Assembly (NCBI GenBank): GCA_963766735.1
Contig: CAVYBU010000003.1
Span: forward strand, 224,001-288,000
DNA: 64,000 nucleotides
Source: an uncultured Chloroflexia bacterium
Lineage (GTDB): Bacteria; Chloroflexota; Limnocylindria; Limnocylindrales; CSP1-4
Reading direction: 5' to 3'
Below, one piece after another: positions 9,548 through 18,728 of this stretch (positions are counted from its first letter, which is position 1; every line of letters begins with the position of its first letter). The notes beneath the pieces are model-generated. The model searched no databases, was not told the DNA's origin, and worked only from the letters and a program-made list of their open reading frames with translations. A program made the translations under genes and the position numbers.

Positions 9548-10738
9548 TTACGAAGGCTGGGCAGAGCTGTCACTGCTTGCGTTACGAAGCCATATGCCGG
9601 CGGCAGCCGGTTTGACCGCAGCGCTGGTCGTCGCGACGAGGGCGTCATGCACGGAATTGACGTCGATCTCGTTCCGAAGCCGCTCAGCGAAGGCGTCCGC
9701 CGTTCGCTGCCCGTCGTACCGCGCCCGGTCGAACCGGCGGTCCACGACGCGCTGGACCCGCCGCCGCAGCGGCTGGAACAGCGCGAACGCGACGAGGGTG
9801 GACGCCGCCACCGCGAGCGTGTTCTCGTTCGTGACCGGTGCGAGCACCGTCTGCAGCGCGACGACGAGGCCCGCGAACACCGCCACCAGGATCCCCGTCA
9901 CGATCGCCCAGCCGATCGTGCGGCTGACGATCCGGTCGATCTCATACAGGCGGTACCGGGTGATGGCGATCGCGATCGCGATCGGGATCAGTGGGTAGGC
10001 GATGACGGCCGGCCACCACATCCAGGTGCCCGTCGTGTCGACCAGCAGGATCACCGCGAAGGCGAAGACCACCGTGCCCAGGGTGACGGCGAGGGCCGCC
10101 AGGAGCCACTTGTACTGCTCGCGTTCCGCCCCTTCGGCTCGCCGGAACCGGACGATGAGGGTCCCGATGGCTGCGGCGAGGGCGATGAGCACCGCCACGA
10201 ACACGCCCGTCTGGATGACCGGCCATCCGGGCCAGTCGGGCGCGATGCCGAACGGCAGTCGGACGGCGACCGCGATCCCATCGGTGAAGTTGACGGTGGC
10301 ATCCGGCGCGAAGGCCAGGACGATGGCGAAGACGATCGGGACCGCGACGGCGAGCCGGCCGACGGTACCCAATCGGCCCGCCGGGAACCGCCCGGCTGGG
10401 AACAGGACGGCCAGCGCGACAAACACCCCGAACGCCAGGCCGCTGCCCCACGAGTTGGTCCACGCCATGAGCGTGATCCCCGCGTCGGCATGACCATCGA
10501 CGACCTGGGACGAGGGGCCCGGCACAACGGTGCCGAGCGTCTCGAAGGCCAGGGCGAACGCGACGAGCAGCCAGCCGACGACCTCTCGCGGCCGGCGCCA
10601 GGCCAGGAACAGGCCGACCGCGCAGTACGACCCGATGATCCAGGCGCCCGAGATGTCCTGCCCGGACCACACGGCGATGCCGACGACCAGCATCACCACG
10701 CCGGCATATGGCACGGCGCGCAGGTGCTCCAGCCTCAT
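9548..10738 (-). CDS. Multi-TM membrane sensor-like protein, paralog 1 (ends in a half GAF)
   Basis: FPAGR, REQYKWL, RYRLYEIDR, FQPLRRRVQ..VDRRFDR; ATG 10738 overlaps the stop of paralog 2 (ATGA). Confidence 0.85.
   Translation of the reverse strand: MRLEHLRAVPYAGVVMLVVGIAVWSGQDISGAWIIGSYCAVGLFLAWRRPREVVGWLLVAFALAFETLGTVVPGPSSQVVDGHADAGITLMAWTNSWGSGLAFGVFVALAVLFPAGRFPAGRLGTVGRLAVAVPIVFAIVLAFAPDATVNFTDGIAVAVRLPFGIAPDWPGWPVIQTGVFVAVLIALAAAIGTLIVRFRRAEGAEREQYKWLLAALAVTLGTVVFAFAVILLVDTTGTWMWWPAVIAYPLIPIAIAIAITRYRLYEIDRIVSRTIGWAIVTGILVAVFAGLVVALQTVLAPVTNENTLAVAASTLVAFALFQPLRRRVQRVVDRRFDRARYDGQRTADAFAERLRNEIDVNSVHDALVATTSAAVKPAAAGIWLRNASSDSSAQPS
9554..9586 (-). promoter_or_regulatory. Candidate activator-dependent internal promoter of the phosphatase gene
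   Basis: CGTAACG-N20-CAGCCT-N8-ATG(9545); lies inside the 3' end of paralog 1. Confidence 0.5.
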
Positions 10739-11925
10739 CCCCCCGCCTCCGTCCGCACCCAGACCGCGACCGAGCCCGGCCGGAGGGCCTCGTGCACGGT
10801 GACCGCGATGTCGGTCTCCACTCCGGCGAGGTCGACCCGGTCGCGCAACCGCTCGCCGAATGCGGTCACCACCCGCTCCCCGTCGTACCGGGCCCGGTCG
10901 AACCGGCGATCCACGGCCCGCTGGACCCGCCGGCGCAGCGGCTGGAACAGGGCGAACGCGACGAGCGTGGACGCCGCGACCGCGAGGGTGTCGTTGTCCG
11001 TCACGGGCGCAAGGATCGCCTGGAGGCCAACGATCATCGCCGCAAAGAGGCCCGCCAGCAGCGCGGTGACGATGAGCCAGCCCAGCGTCCGGCTGATGAC
11101 CCGGTCGATCTCGTACAGGCGGTAGCGGGTGATGGCGACGTAGATCGCGGCCGGGATCATCGGGTAGGCGAAGATCGCGGGGAGCCAGGCGAGGCCGCCG
11201 ATCCCCTCCCCGAACACGATGATCGAGCTGAGCCCGGCGATCACCGCGAAGACCATGAACGCGAGCGCGGCGACGAGCCATCGAAGCTGGAGCCGCTCGA
11301 CGCCGGTCGCACGGCGGTACCTGATGAGCATCGAGATCACGCCGATCATCAGCAGGACGACGACCGGCGCAATGAGCGAATCGAGCGGGATCACCGACCA
11401 GATCGCAAGGTCCGGCAGGATGGCGAACCGATTGGGGACCACCACCGTCTCATTGCCGGCTAGGTTGAAGCCGACGACTGGCGCAGCGGCGGCGACGATG
11501 GGGATCATGGCGCACACCCCCAGCATGGCGATCGCAGGTCGTCGCCAGGGTCCTCTCGGCAACCGGCCGGACGGGAACAGGAGCATCAGGGCCACGAATC
11601 CGCCGAAGGTCGCGTAGCCGCTCCACGAGGAGGCCCACGCCGCGAGGAACTGATCCAGGGGTGCGGTTCCGTCCTGCAACGCCGTCGCATCGAGTTGGAG
11701 CTCCGTCGTGGTGCCGATGAACCCGAACGCGATCGCGACGAGGAGCCAGCCAATGCTGTTGCCAGGTCGTCGGATGACCAGGACGGCCCCGATGGCGGCA
11801 TAGCTCGTGTAGAAGAACAGGGTGAACGGATCCAGGCGGGCGAGGAACAGCCCGAACACGAGCAGTGTCAGGAGCAGGATGCGGCCCACGACTCCGAGCG
11901 GGCGCGGCGCCGTGGTCGTCGTCAT
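10735..11925 (-). CDS. Multi-TM membrane sensor-like protein, paralog 2
   Basis: Same family motifs; ATG 11925 overlaps the stop of paralog 3 (ATGA). Confidence 0.85.
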   Translation of the reverse strand: MTTTTAPRPLGVVGRILLLTLLVFGLFLARLDPFTLFFYTSYAAIGAVLVIRRPGNSIGWLLVAIAFGFIGTTTELQLDATALQDGTAPLDQFLAAWASSWSGYATFGGFVALMLLFPSGRLPRGPWRRPAIAMLGVCAMIPIVAAAAPVVGFNLAGNETVVVPNRFAILPDLAIWSVIPLDSLIAPVVVLLMIGVISMLIRYRRATGVERLQLRWLVAALAFMVFAVIAGLSSIIVFGEGIGGLAWLPAIFAYPMIPAAIYVAITRYRLYEIDRVISRTLGWLIVTALLAGLFAAMIVGLQAILAPVTDNDTLAVAASTLVAFALFQPLRRRVQRAVDRRFDRARYDGERVVTAFGERLRDRVDLAGVETDIAVTVHEALRPGSVAVWVRTEAGG

Positions 11926-13124
11926 CGAGCCTTTCTGAGCCACACGGACGCGGCTGCCGGCGCCACGGCATCGTCGACGGTTTGCACGATCGCTGAGCGC
12001 AGCCGGTCCAGGTCCACCTGGTCCCGCAGCTCCCCTGCGAACGATGCCACGACGCGTTCGCCGTTGACCCGGGTCCGATTGAACCGCCGGTCGATCGGCG
12101 CCTGCACGCGACGCCGGAGCGGCTGGAACAGGCCCGCGACAACGAGCGTTGCAGCCGCGGTGACCAGGGTCGAGCTGCCGGCGACATCCGCGAGGACCGC
12201 CTGGAGCGCGAGGTTCGTCGCGACGAAGGCGATCGCGAGGAGTGCCGTGAGGAGCGCGTACGTGATCGTTCGCCCGACGATGCGGTCGATCTCGTACAGG
12301 CGGTAGCGAAGGACCGCGATCGCGATCGAGACGGGCACGAGGCCCAGCGCGATCGTGGTGACGATGAACGCGGCAACGCTCAGCGGATCGGGCAGCACCG
12401 TGGCCCCGAGAATACCCAGGAGAGCAAGCCCGGCCGTGGCGCCGAACCACTTCAGCTGCTGGCGCTCGATCGGCGTCCCCCGCCGATAGCGGATGAACGG
12501 CGCCGCGAGGATGACCGGGAGGCAGACGATGAGCACCAGGCTCCCGACCTCGGACATCGCCGCCGCCAGGTCCGTCAGGCCACCCAGGGCGGCGAAGCCG
12601 GGTGGCAGCGGGACTCCCGGCGCCACATCGACCGAGGTGGGCAGGATGATGGCGGTGACGATCTGGGAGAGCAACGCGGCCGCGATCAGCAGCGCGACGA
12701 TGCGCCAGCGAGAGGACGGCAGGTGGCCGTCCGGGAAGCACAGCGGCAGGCCGGCCAGCGCGAAGGCGAGCGCCGGAGTGAACAGGAGGCTGCCCCACCA
12801 CCCTGCGTACGGCAACGGCAGTGACCCGCCGTAGACCTCGGCGTTGAGAAACCCCCACATCTGGCCGATCAGCGCCACGCCGAACCAGACGCCCGTCCCC
12901 CATACGACCCAGCCGACGAGATGCCCCGGACGGCGGGTCGCGATCACGCTTCCGACGAGTGACCACGACATCACGACGAACGTGTAGACGGGTATCGCCC
13001 AGCCGTCCGACTCCTGTGGAGGGAGCACGGCGACGAGGACGCCCAGGGTGATGGGCACGCCGAGCCCCAGCAGCCACACGAAGCCGGCGACTGGGCGGGC
13101 GAGGCTTCGCTGTTGGACCATCAC
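11922..13124 (-). CDS. Multi-TM membrane sensor-like protein, paralog 3
   Basis: FPDGH, ERQQLKW, RYRLYEIDR, FQPLRRRVQ; GTGA overlap with paralog 4. Confidence 0.85.
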   Translation of the reverse strand: MMVQQRSLARPVAGFVWLLGLGVPITLGVLVAVLPPQESDGWAIPVYTFVVMSWSLVGSVIATRRPGHLVGWVVWGTGVWFGVALIGQMWGFLNAEVYGGSLPLPYAGWWGSLLFTPALAFALAGLPLCFPDGHLPSSRWRIVALLIAAALLSQIVTAIILPTSVDVAPGVPLPPGFAALGGLTDLAAAMSEVGSLVLIVCLPVILAAPFIRYRRGTPIERQQLKWFGATAGLALLGILGATVLPDPLSVAAFIVTTIALGLVPVSIAIAVLRYRLYEIDRIVGRTITYALLTALLAIAFVATNLALQAVLADVAGSSTLVTAAATLVVAGLFQPLRRRVQAPIDRRFNRTRVNGERVVASFAGELRDQVDLDRLRSAIVQTVDDAVAPAAASVWLRKAR

Positions 13125-14326
13125 GGTTGCTCGGCCCCTCCCACCGCGATCGGACGCTCAGACCGGAGCCAGATCGTGGCACCCGCTGGCCGAACCGCCT
13201 CCACGACCACCTCCACGACCGCGGTACGAAGACGTCCGAGGTCGACCTCATCCCGAGCCTGACGCGCGAACACGCCAACCAGCTGCTCGGCATTGTGGTG
13301 CGCCCGGTTGAAGCGGCGGTCGATGGGCGCCTGAACCCGGCGCCGGATCGGCTGGAACAGCGTTGCGACGATCAGCGTGGAGACTGCGACCGCAATGGGT
13401 GGCAGCTCTCCCGCGCCGGCGACCAGTGCCTGCAGCAGGAGGTTCGTGCCGACGAAGACCGCGGCCAGGAGCGCCGTCACGATCGCGTACGACAGCGTCC
13501 GGCCGATGATCCGGTCGATGTCGTACAGGCGGTACCGCAGGATCGCGATGCCGATGGCGATCGGCAGCAGGGCGAGGGACAGTTGCCAGGCGCTCCACAG
13601 CCACGCCGGCCCGATGAACAGGCCCGGGAAGAGCACGACCGGCAAGGCGCCTGCGGCAGCAACCCACCGGATCTGGGCGCGGACGACGGGCCCGGCCCGC
13701 CGATAGCGGCGCGCAAGCACAACCGCGGTCACGGCCAGCCCGGCAACGTACAGGAGCAGGGCTGCGTTGGCGATCGACTCCGCGGTCCCGCGGCCAAGCG
13801 CGCTCATGCCGAGCGGGTTGCTCGTCCGTTCGATCCAGCCGGCCTGCACCTGGCCCGGTGCGAAGGTGGCAATTGCCGTGCAGGTGAGCGCAACGATGAA
13901 CATGCCGTTGGCGATCGCGGACAGTCGGTCCCGCTCGAGCCCGGCCGGGAACCGGACGAGGAGGAGGCCCGCGGACATCAGGACCGCGCCCCAGAGCTGC
14001 GACGAGACGACTGCGGCGGCGGCGCCGACCGGCGGGATCGGGCCCGGCGCCCCGTCGAGGGCGACGGCCAGGATCTTGAGCCCGGTTGTGGTGATCGCGA
14101 TGATCCCGATGAGGAGCGCCATCCTCCCGACGGGCTCCCGGGGGCGACGGGTGACGAGGATCGCGCCGACGGTGGTGAACCCGAACCCGAACCCGAACAC
14201 GACGACGACCTCCTCCCACGTGGTTGCCGCACGGGGATCGGTCAGCGCCGCCCACGACGCGACGATGGTCACGAGCAGCGCGAGCAGCCAGGTGACGGAG
14301 ACGAGCCGGACGCGGGTCGAGGTCAT
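13121..14326 (-). CDS. Multi-TM membrane sensor-like protein, paralog 4
   Basis: RFPAG, RAQIRW, RYRLYDIDR, FQPIRRRVQ. Confidence 0.85.
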   Translation of the reverse strand: MTSTRVRLVSVTWLLALLVTIVASWAALTDPRAATTWEEVVVVFGFGFGFTTVGAILVTRRPREPVGRMALLIGIIAITTTGLKILAVALDGAPGPIPPVGAAAAVVSSQLWGAVLMSAGLLLVRFPAGLERDRLSAIANGMFIVALTCTAIATFAPGQVQAGWIERTSNPLGMSALGRGTAESIANAALLLYVAGLAVTAVVLARRYRRAGPVVRAQIRWVAAAGALPVVLFPGLFIGPAWLWSAWQLSLALLPIAIGIAILRYRLYDIDRIIGRTLSYAIVTALLAAVFVGTNLLLQALVAGAGELPPIAVAVSTLIVATLFQPIRRRVQAPIDRRFNRAHHNAEQLVGVFARQARDEVDLGRLRTAVVEVVVEAVRPAGATIWLRSERPIAVGGAEQP

Positions 14327-14334
14327 GGCACCGG

Positions 14335-14367
14335 AAGTTGCAGGGACGTCGTTCGGGAAACGTTACG
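14335..14367 (-). promoter_or_regulatory. Candidate SARP-binding heptamer repeats / promoter of the receptor array
   Basis: CGTAACG-tttc-CCGAACG (11-bp period); CGTAACG-N20-CAACTT-N8-ATG(14326). Confidence 0.6.
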
Positions 14368-14399
14368 GGATTGCGGCCCGACGCTGTACCGTACGCTCG

Positions 14400-17234
14400 A
14401 TGCCGCTCGATATTCGCGTTCTCGGTCCCCTCGAGGTCCAGGTGGACGGCGAGCCGATCCGCGTCGACACCCGCAAGGCCGTCGCGATCCTCGCGCTCCT
14501 GGCGGTGGAGCGGCGGCCGTACGCGCGTGATGAGCTCGCGGCGATCTTCTGGCCGGAGTCCGACGATGGATCCGCCCGGGGCGCGCTGCGCCGGACGCTG
14601 TCGGTGCTCAGGGCGGCGCTCGGCGATCGCTGGCTGCACGTCGACCGCTCGACGGTCTCCCTCGCGGCCCACGGCGCAGGGGTCTGGCTGGACCTCGCTG
14701 CGCTCGAAGCGGGCGCCGCCGGTGGCGACCAGGGTGCGCTCGCGGAGGCTGCGGCCCTGGCCCGAGGCCCCTTCCTCGCCGGGTTCTCGCTCCGCGACAG
14801 CCCGGACTTCGACGACTGGCGTGCCACCCGTGCCGTCACCGTCGAGCGGCGCGTCGTCGAGGTGCTGGAGGGCCTCGTCACGGCGGCGGAGGCTGGTGGC
14901 GACCCAATGGCCGCGATCGCGGCCGCGGCGCGGCTCGTGGAGCTGGATCCGCTCGACGAGCCCGCACGCCAGCGGCTGATGGCGGCGCTTGCCCGCGGCG
15001 GCGACCGGGCCGGAGCGATCCGCGAGTACCGCACCACCGTGGCCATGCTGGAGCGGGAGCTGGGCGTGGTGCCATTGGCGACGACCACGGAGCTGTACGA
15101 GGCGATCCGGGATGGGCGGCTCGCGCCGGTCGTGCACGTGCCACCGGCGCATGTGATGAGCGGTGCACCGGCGGCAACCGTCGTCGAGCCGAGGACCAGG
15201 CTGCCGATGCTGGGCCGGCGGCTGGAGTTGGAGTCGCTCCTCGATGCGTACCGTCGATCGTCGGCGGACGGGCGCGTCGCCAGCGTCACCGGCGAGGCTG
15301 GGATCGGGAAGTCCCGCCTCGTTGAGGCGCTGCTCGCACGGGCGGCGGCCGATGGCGCCACGGTGCTCCTGGCCCGCGCCTTCCCGGCCGAGGGGTCCAT
15401 CGCCTATGCGCCGATCGTGGAGCTGCTCCGGGCGGGGTTCGCGGTGCCCGGAGCCGCCCAGCGCCTCGCAGAGCTCGCGCCAGCCACCCTGGCGGAGGTC
15501 GAGCGTCTCGTGCCGCTGCCCGACGGCGTGGCGACGGACAGCGCGGCACCGGGCGCGGCCGAGTCGCCCGCTGCGCGCGCGAGGCTGCTCGAGGCGATCG
15601 CGGCGGCGCTCGCGGCGATCGGCCATGGCGCCACGCCGGGCATCGTTGCCGTGGACGATCTGCAGTGGGCGGATGACGCATCGCGGGAGGCGCTCCTCTA
15701 CATCGCCCGGAGGCTGACCGGTCGGCCGATGCTCCTCCTCCTCACATGGCGCCCCGGGGACCTGGAGGAGGGAACCCAGCTGTTCGCGGAGGCCATCCAC
15801 GGGCTCCCGGGCGCGACGTCGGTGCGGCTGGAGCGGCTGGACGACGTGGTGGTCGGGGCGCTTGTCGATGCGGCTGCCGCGGCCGGTCTGCCGGCCTGGG
15901 ACGCGGCGGCACTCGCCTCGGAGTCCGAGGGGCTGCCGCTGTACGTGGTCGAGGCCCTGATGGCCGGTCCCGGCGCAGCCGGCCAGGCGCCGCCGCGTGG
16001 CGTCCGCGCGCTGCTGCGAGAGCGCCTCGCGAGCGTCTCGGAGACGGCGAGCCAGGTGCTCGCGACGGCCGCGGTGATCGGTCGCTCATTCGATTTCCCG
16101 ACGGTCCGGGTGGCCAGCGGCCGCTCTGACGACGAGACCGTCACGGCCCTCGAGGAGCTCGTCCACCGGGGGATCGTCCGCGAGCTTGCGAGCGGGCGGG
16201 AGACTGCCTTCGACTTCGGGCACGCCCGGCTCCGGGACGCGGCGTACGAGGAGATCGGGCTGGCGCGCCGGCGGCTTCTTCACCGGCGGATCGCGGAGGT
16301 GCTGCGGGCCGACCCGGCCGGGCGCCACGACCCGGGACGGCTGGCGCAGATCGCTGGCCACGAACAGGCCGCCGGACGGGACGCCGCCGCCGCCGAGGCC
16401 TACCGCGAGGCGGGGCTCGGGTCGCGGCGGATCTACGCCCATCGCGAGGCACTCGAGCTTCTCGAGACGGCCCTGGCCCTCGGGCACCCGGACGTCGTGG
16501 GACTCCAGGTCGCGATCGGCGAGATCCGCACGGCCCAGGGGGACTACGCGGCGGCGATCGCCTCGCTCGAGGCCGCGGCGGCGATCGGCGACGAGGCCGC
16601 CCTGTCGGGCGTCGAGCTGCGCCTGGGGCAGGTCCACGCCCGGCGCGGTGATGTGGCCACGGCCGCGAGCCATCTCGACGCGGCGCTGGCCGGGGCAGAC
16701 GAGCGACTCCGGCCAGGGGTGCTGGTCGAGCGCGGCGCCGTGGCGATGCGAGCCGGCGACCTGGACCTGGCGACCTCGCTTGCGGACCAGGCACTGGCCG
16801 CCGTGGCGGGCACCACCGATGACAGGACGACCGGGGCCGCCCGCCGGCTGCTGGGCCTGGTCGCCCTGCGGCGTGGCGATCTTGATGCGGCGCGCGCCTC
16901 GCTCCGGACGGCCGTCGACGCGGCTGGGCCCGGGCTGCACGGCGACCCGGCGGCCGCGATCGCCGCGCGGAACGGCCTGGCACTCGTCGAGGCGGCGGCA
17001 GGTGACCACGCCGCAGCGATCGTCCTTCTCCAAGAGGCGTTGGCCGAATGCCGGCGGACCGGCGAGACGCATCTCGAGGCTGCGGTCGAGAACAACCTCG
17101 CCGACCAGCTCCGCGCCGCCGGTCGCAGCGACGAGGCCATGGCCCATCTCAAGCGTGCCGTGGCGCTGTTCGCGGAGGTCGGCGGGCGCCCGGGCGAGCT
17201 GGAGCCGGAGATCTGGAAGCTGGTCTCCTGGTAG
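14400..17234 (+). CDS. SARP/BTAD transcriptional activator with AAA ATPase and TPR repeats
   Basis: IRVLGPLEV wHTH start, GPFLAGF..FDDW, LDPLDE (BTAD), GEAGIGKS Walker A, VDDLQWAD Walker B, TPR-like C-terminus. Confidence 0.92.
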   Translation: MPLDIRVLGPLEVQVDGEPIRVDTRKAVAILALLAVERRPYARDELAAIFWPESDDGSARGALRRTLSVLRAALGDRWLHVDRSTVSLAAHGAGVWLDLAALEAGAAGGDQGALAEAAALARGPFLAGFSLRDSPDFDDWRATRAVTVERRVVEVLEGLVTAAEAGGDPMAAIAAAARLVELDPLDEPARQRLMAALARGGDRAGAIREYRTTVAMLERELGVVPLATTTELYEAIRDGRLAPVVHVPPAHVMSGAPAATVVEPRTRLPMLGRRLELESLLDAYRRSSADGRVASVTGEAGIGKSRLVEALLARAAADGATVLLARAFPAEGSIAYAPIVELLRAGFAVPGAAQRLAELAPATLAEVERLVPLPDGVATDSAAPGAAESPAARARLLEAIAAALAAIGHGATPGIVAVDDLQWADDASREALLYIARRLTGRPMLLLLTWRPGDLEEGTQLFAEAIHGLPGATSVRLERLDDVVVGALVDAAAAAGLPAWDAAALASESEGLPLYVVEALMAGPGAAGQAPPRGVRALLRERLASVSETASQVLATAAVIGRSFDFPTVRVASGRSDDETVTALEELVHRGIVRELASGRETAFDFGHARLRDAAYEEIGLARRRLLHRRIAEVLRADPAGRHDPGRLAQIAGHEQAAGRDAAAAEAYREAGLGSRRIYAHREALELLETALALGHPDVVGLQVAIGEIRTAQGDYAAAIASLEAAAAIGDEAALSGVELRLGQVHARRGDVATAASHLDAALAGADERLRPGVLVERGAVAMRAGDLDLATSLADQALAAVAGTTDDRTTGAARRLLGLVALRRGDLDAARASLRTAVDAAGPGLHGDPAAAIAARNGLALVEAAAGDHAAAIVLLQEALAECRRTGETHLEAAVENNLADQLRAAGRSDEAMAHLKRAVALFAEVGGRPGELEPEIWKLVSW

Positions 17235-17240
17235 GGACGA

Positions 17241-18722
17241 TCAGTCGGCGAGGGTGAACGAGCCCCCGTCCGTGAAGCTGAGGTTCGGCCAGTCGCCGGT
17301 GGCGCACATCACGCCGATCAGGCCTGACGGCAGCTCGCCCAGCACGACCGCGTCCTGTCCTGCCTCCGCGAAGGGGCCCTGGCCCTCGATCTCGATGATC
17401 CAGTCCGGGGGAGCCAAAGCGCTCTCGTCGGACAAGTCGAGCGTCGAGACCCATGCAAGGGCATCCGCCCACGTCCTTGGCTGCACGACCCCGGCGGCAA
17501 CCAGGCCGGCGCCCGTCGTCCCCCTGTTGGCGAAGGAGATCTGCAGGAGCCCTCCCGTCGTCGGCGGATCGCCGTCCATGCGGCAGTTCGTGCCATCCCA
17601 GGTCATGCGGAGCGTGCCCGCGGGCGTGAAGGGCTCCGGGCGCGGCGCGCCGCGGCGGAGGCCGGCGAGGACGGCTTCGCGAACTTTGGCGCCGTCGGCA
17701 CCCATCGCCGCACGGACCGGGCGGCCGGCTGTGTCCCGGTTGATGCGGCCCGCGGCCGAGGACCCGTCCGTCACCGTCACGTTCATCTCCTCCCACGTGA
17801 GGAGGCCGGGGTCGGCAAGGCCGACGGCCGCGACCGAGTCCCACCAGTAGTTGCCCTCCGCGGCGAGGTACGGGTTGCGGGCATAGGTCTCGTAGGCGAT
17901 GTCCGCCCCTGCCGCGCCATGGTCCGTATCGAGGACCGCGAGGATGTCGACGGGCACGGGCGCATCGTTGGTCGCGTCCAGTGGCACGAGGGTGACCGGG
18001 ACGTCGAGCGCCATCACGGCTGCGAACGCCTCCGGGTCCGCGCCGACGTTCCATTCGACCCGATCTGCGGGCGTCGTGGCCCCGAGCTCGATGTTGCCCG
18101 GCGCATCGATCGTGCCGGCCATCGCGTGGATCCCCGTGACGGCAGCCAGGTCGTCCGGGTGCGCCGCGAACAGGTCCTGGAGGTTGGTCCACGTCCCGAC
18201 GGCAAGGACGGTGACCGGCTCCGGTGACATCGCGAGCGCTTCGTGGAGGATCGTGACGGCGTCCGGCGGGAACTCCGAGGCGGCGACCGGCGGGAGCACC
18301 ACGCCGTACATCGCATCGCTCGATGCGCGCCACTCGTCGGGGAAGGAGCGGCCGTTCGGTCCGGGCTCCTCCCGGCCGCATCCGAACGGGATGTCGAGCC
18401 GGTCGAAGGCGCCCAGGATCCGGCGCAGGTTCCGGATCCCTGCGCCGCAGTGGACCAGCCCCGTCCCGTCGATGGCGATGGCGCGGACATCCATCGAGGG
18501 GTCCCGGAGGATCACGTACAGGGCGAGGAGGTCGTCCATGCCCATGTCGGTGTCGAACACGATCGGCCGCACGACCGAGGCCGAGGATGCCGACGGAGAC
18601 ACCGACGGAGACGCCGATTCGAGCGTCGTCGGCACGGCCTCGGATGGGGGGGTGCTCCCGCACGCGGCGAGGGCGACGGCGAGGAGCACGAGGGTGAGCG
18701 TGGTAGCGGCAGGACGCTTCAT
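17241..18722 (-). CDS. Nucleoside hydrolase (IU-NH family) lipoprotein with extra C-terminal domain
   Basis: Lipobox LAAC, FDTDMGMDD, GTWTNL, EWNVGADP, VPLDAT, WWD. Confidence 0.8.
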   Translation of the reverse strand: MKRPAATTLTLVLLAVALAACGSTPPSEAVPTTLESASPSVSPSASSASVVRPIVFDTDMGMDDLLALYVILRDPSMDVRAIAIDGTGLVHCGAGIRNLRRILGAFDRLDIPFGCGREEPGPNGRSFPDEWRASSDAMYGVVLPPVAASEFPPDAVTILHEALAMSPEPVTVLAVGTWTNLQDLFAAHPDDLAAVTGIHAMAGTIDAPGNIELGATTPADRVEWNVGADPEAFAAVMALDVPVTLVPLDATNDAPVPVDILAVLDTDHGAAGADIAYETYARNPYLAAEGNYWWDSVAAVGLADPGLLTWEEMNVTVTDGSSAAGRINRDTAGRPVRAAMGADGAKVREAVLAGLRRGAPRPEPFTPAGTLRMTWDGTNCRMDGDPPTTGGLLQISFANRGTTGAGLVAAGVVQPRTWADALAWVSTLDLSDESALAPPDWIIEIEGQGPFAEAGQDAVVLGELPSGLIGVMCATGDWPNLSFTDGGSFTLAD

Positions 18723-18728
18723 GGCCGC

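Noticed and set aside
9540-9560. Frameshifted or pseudogenised receptor-phosphatase fusion
   Set aside because: All four paralogs end at the equivalent residue, there is no slippery site, and the phosphatase has a promoter-like element of its own; reads would settle it
7905-11463. Long plus-strand ORFs (697, 531, 251 aa) opposite the signalling operon
   Set aside because: Antisense shadow ORFs typical of high-GC DNA; the minus-strand genes carry clear family motifs
10735-13293. 852-aa ORF call (and the 577-aa call at 9548-11281) suggesting fused receptors
   Set aside because: The upstream parts are alternative-frame readings of the neighbouring paralogs; true starts are at the ATGA overlaps (11925, 10738)
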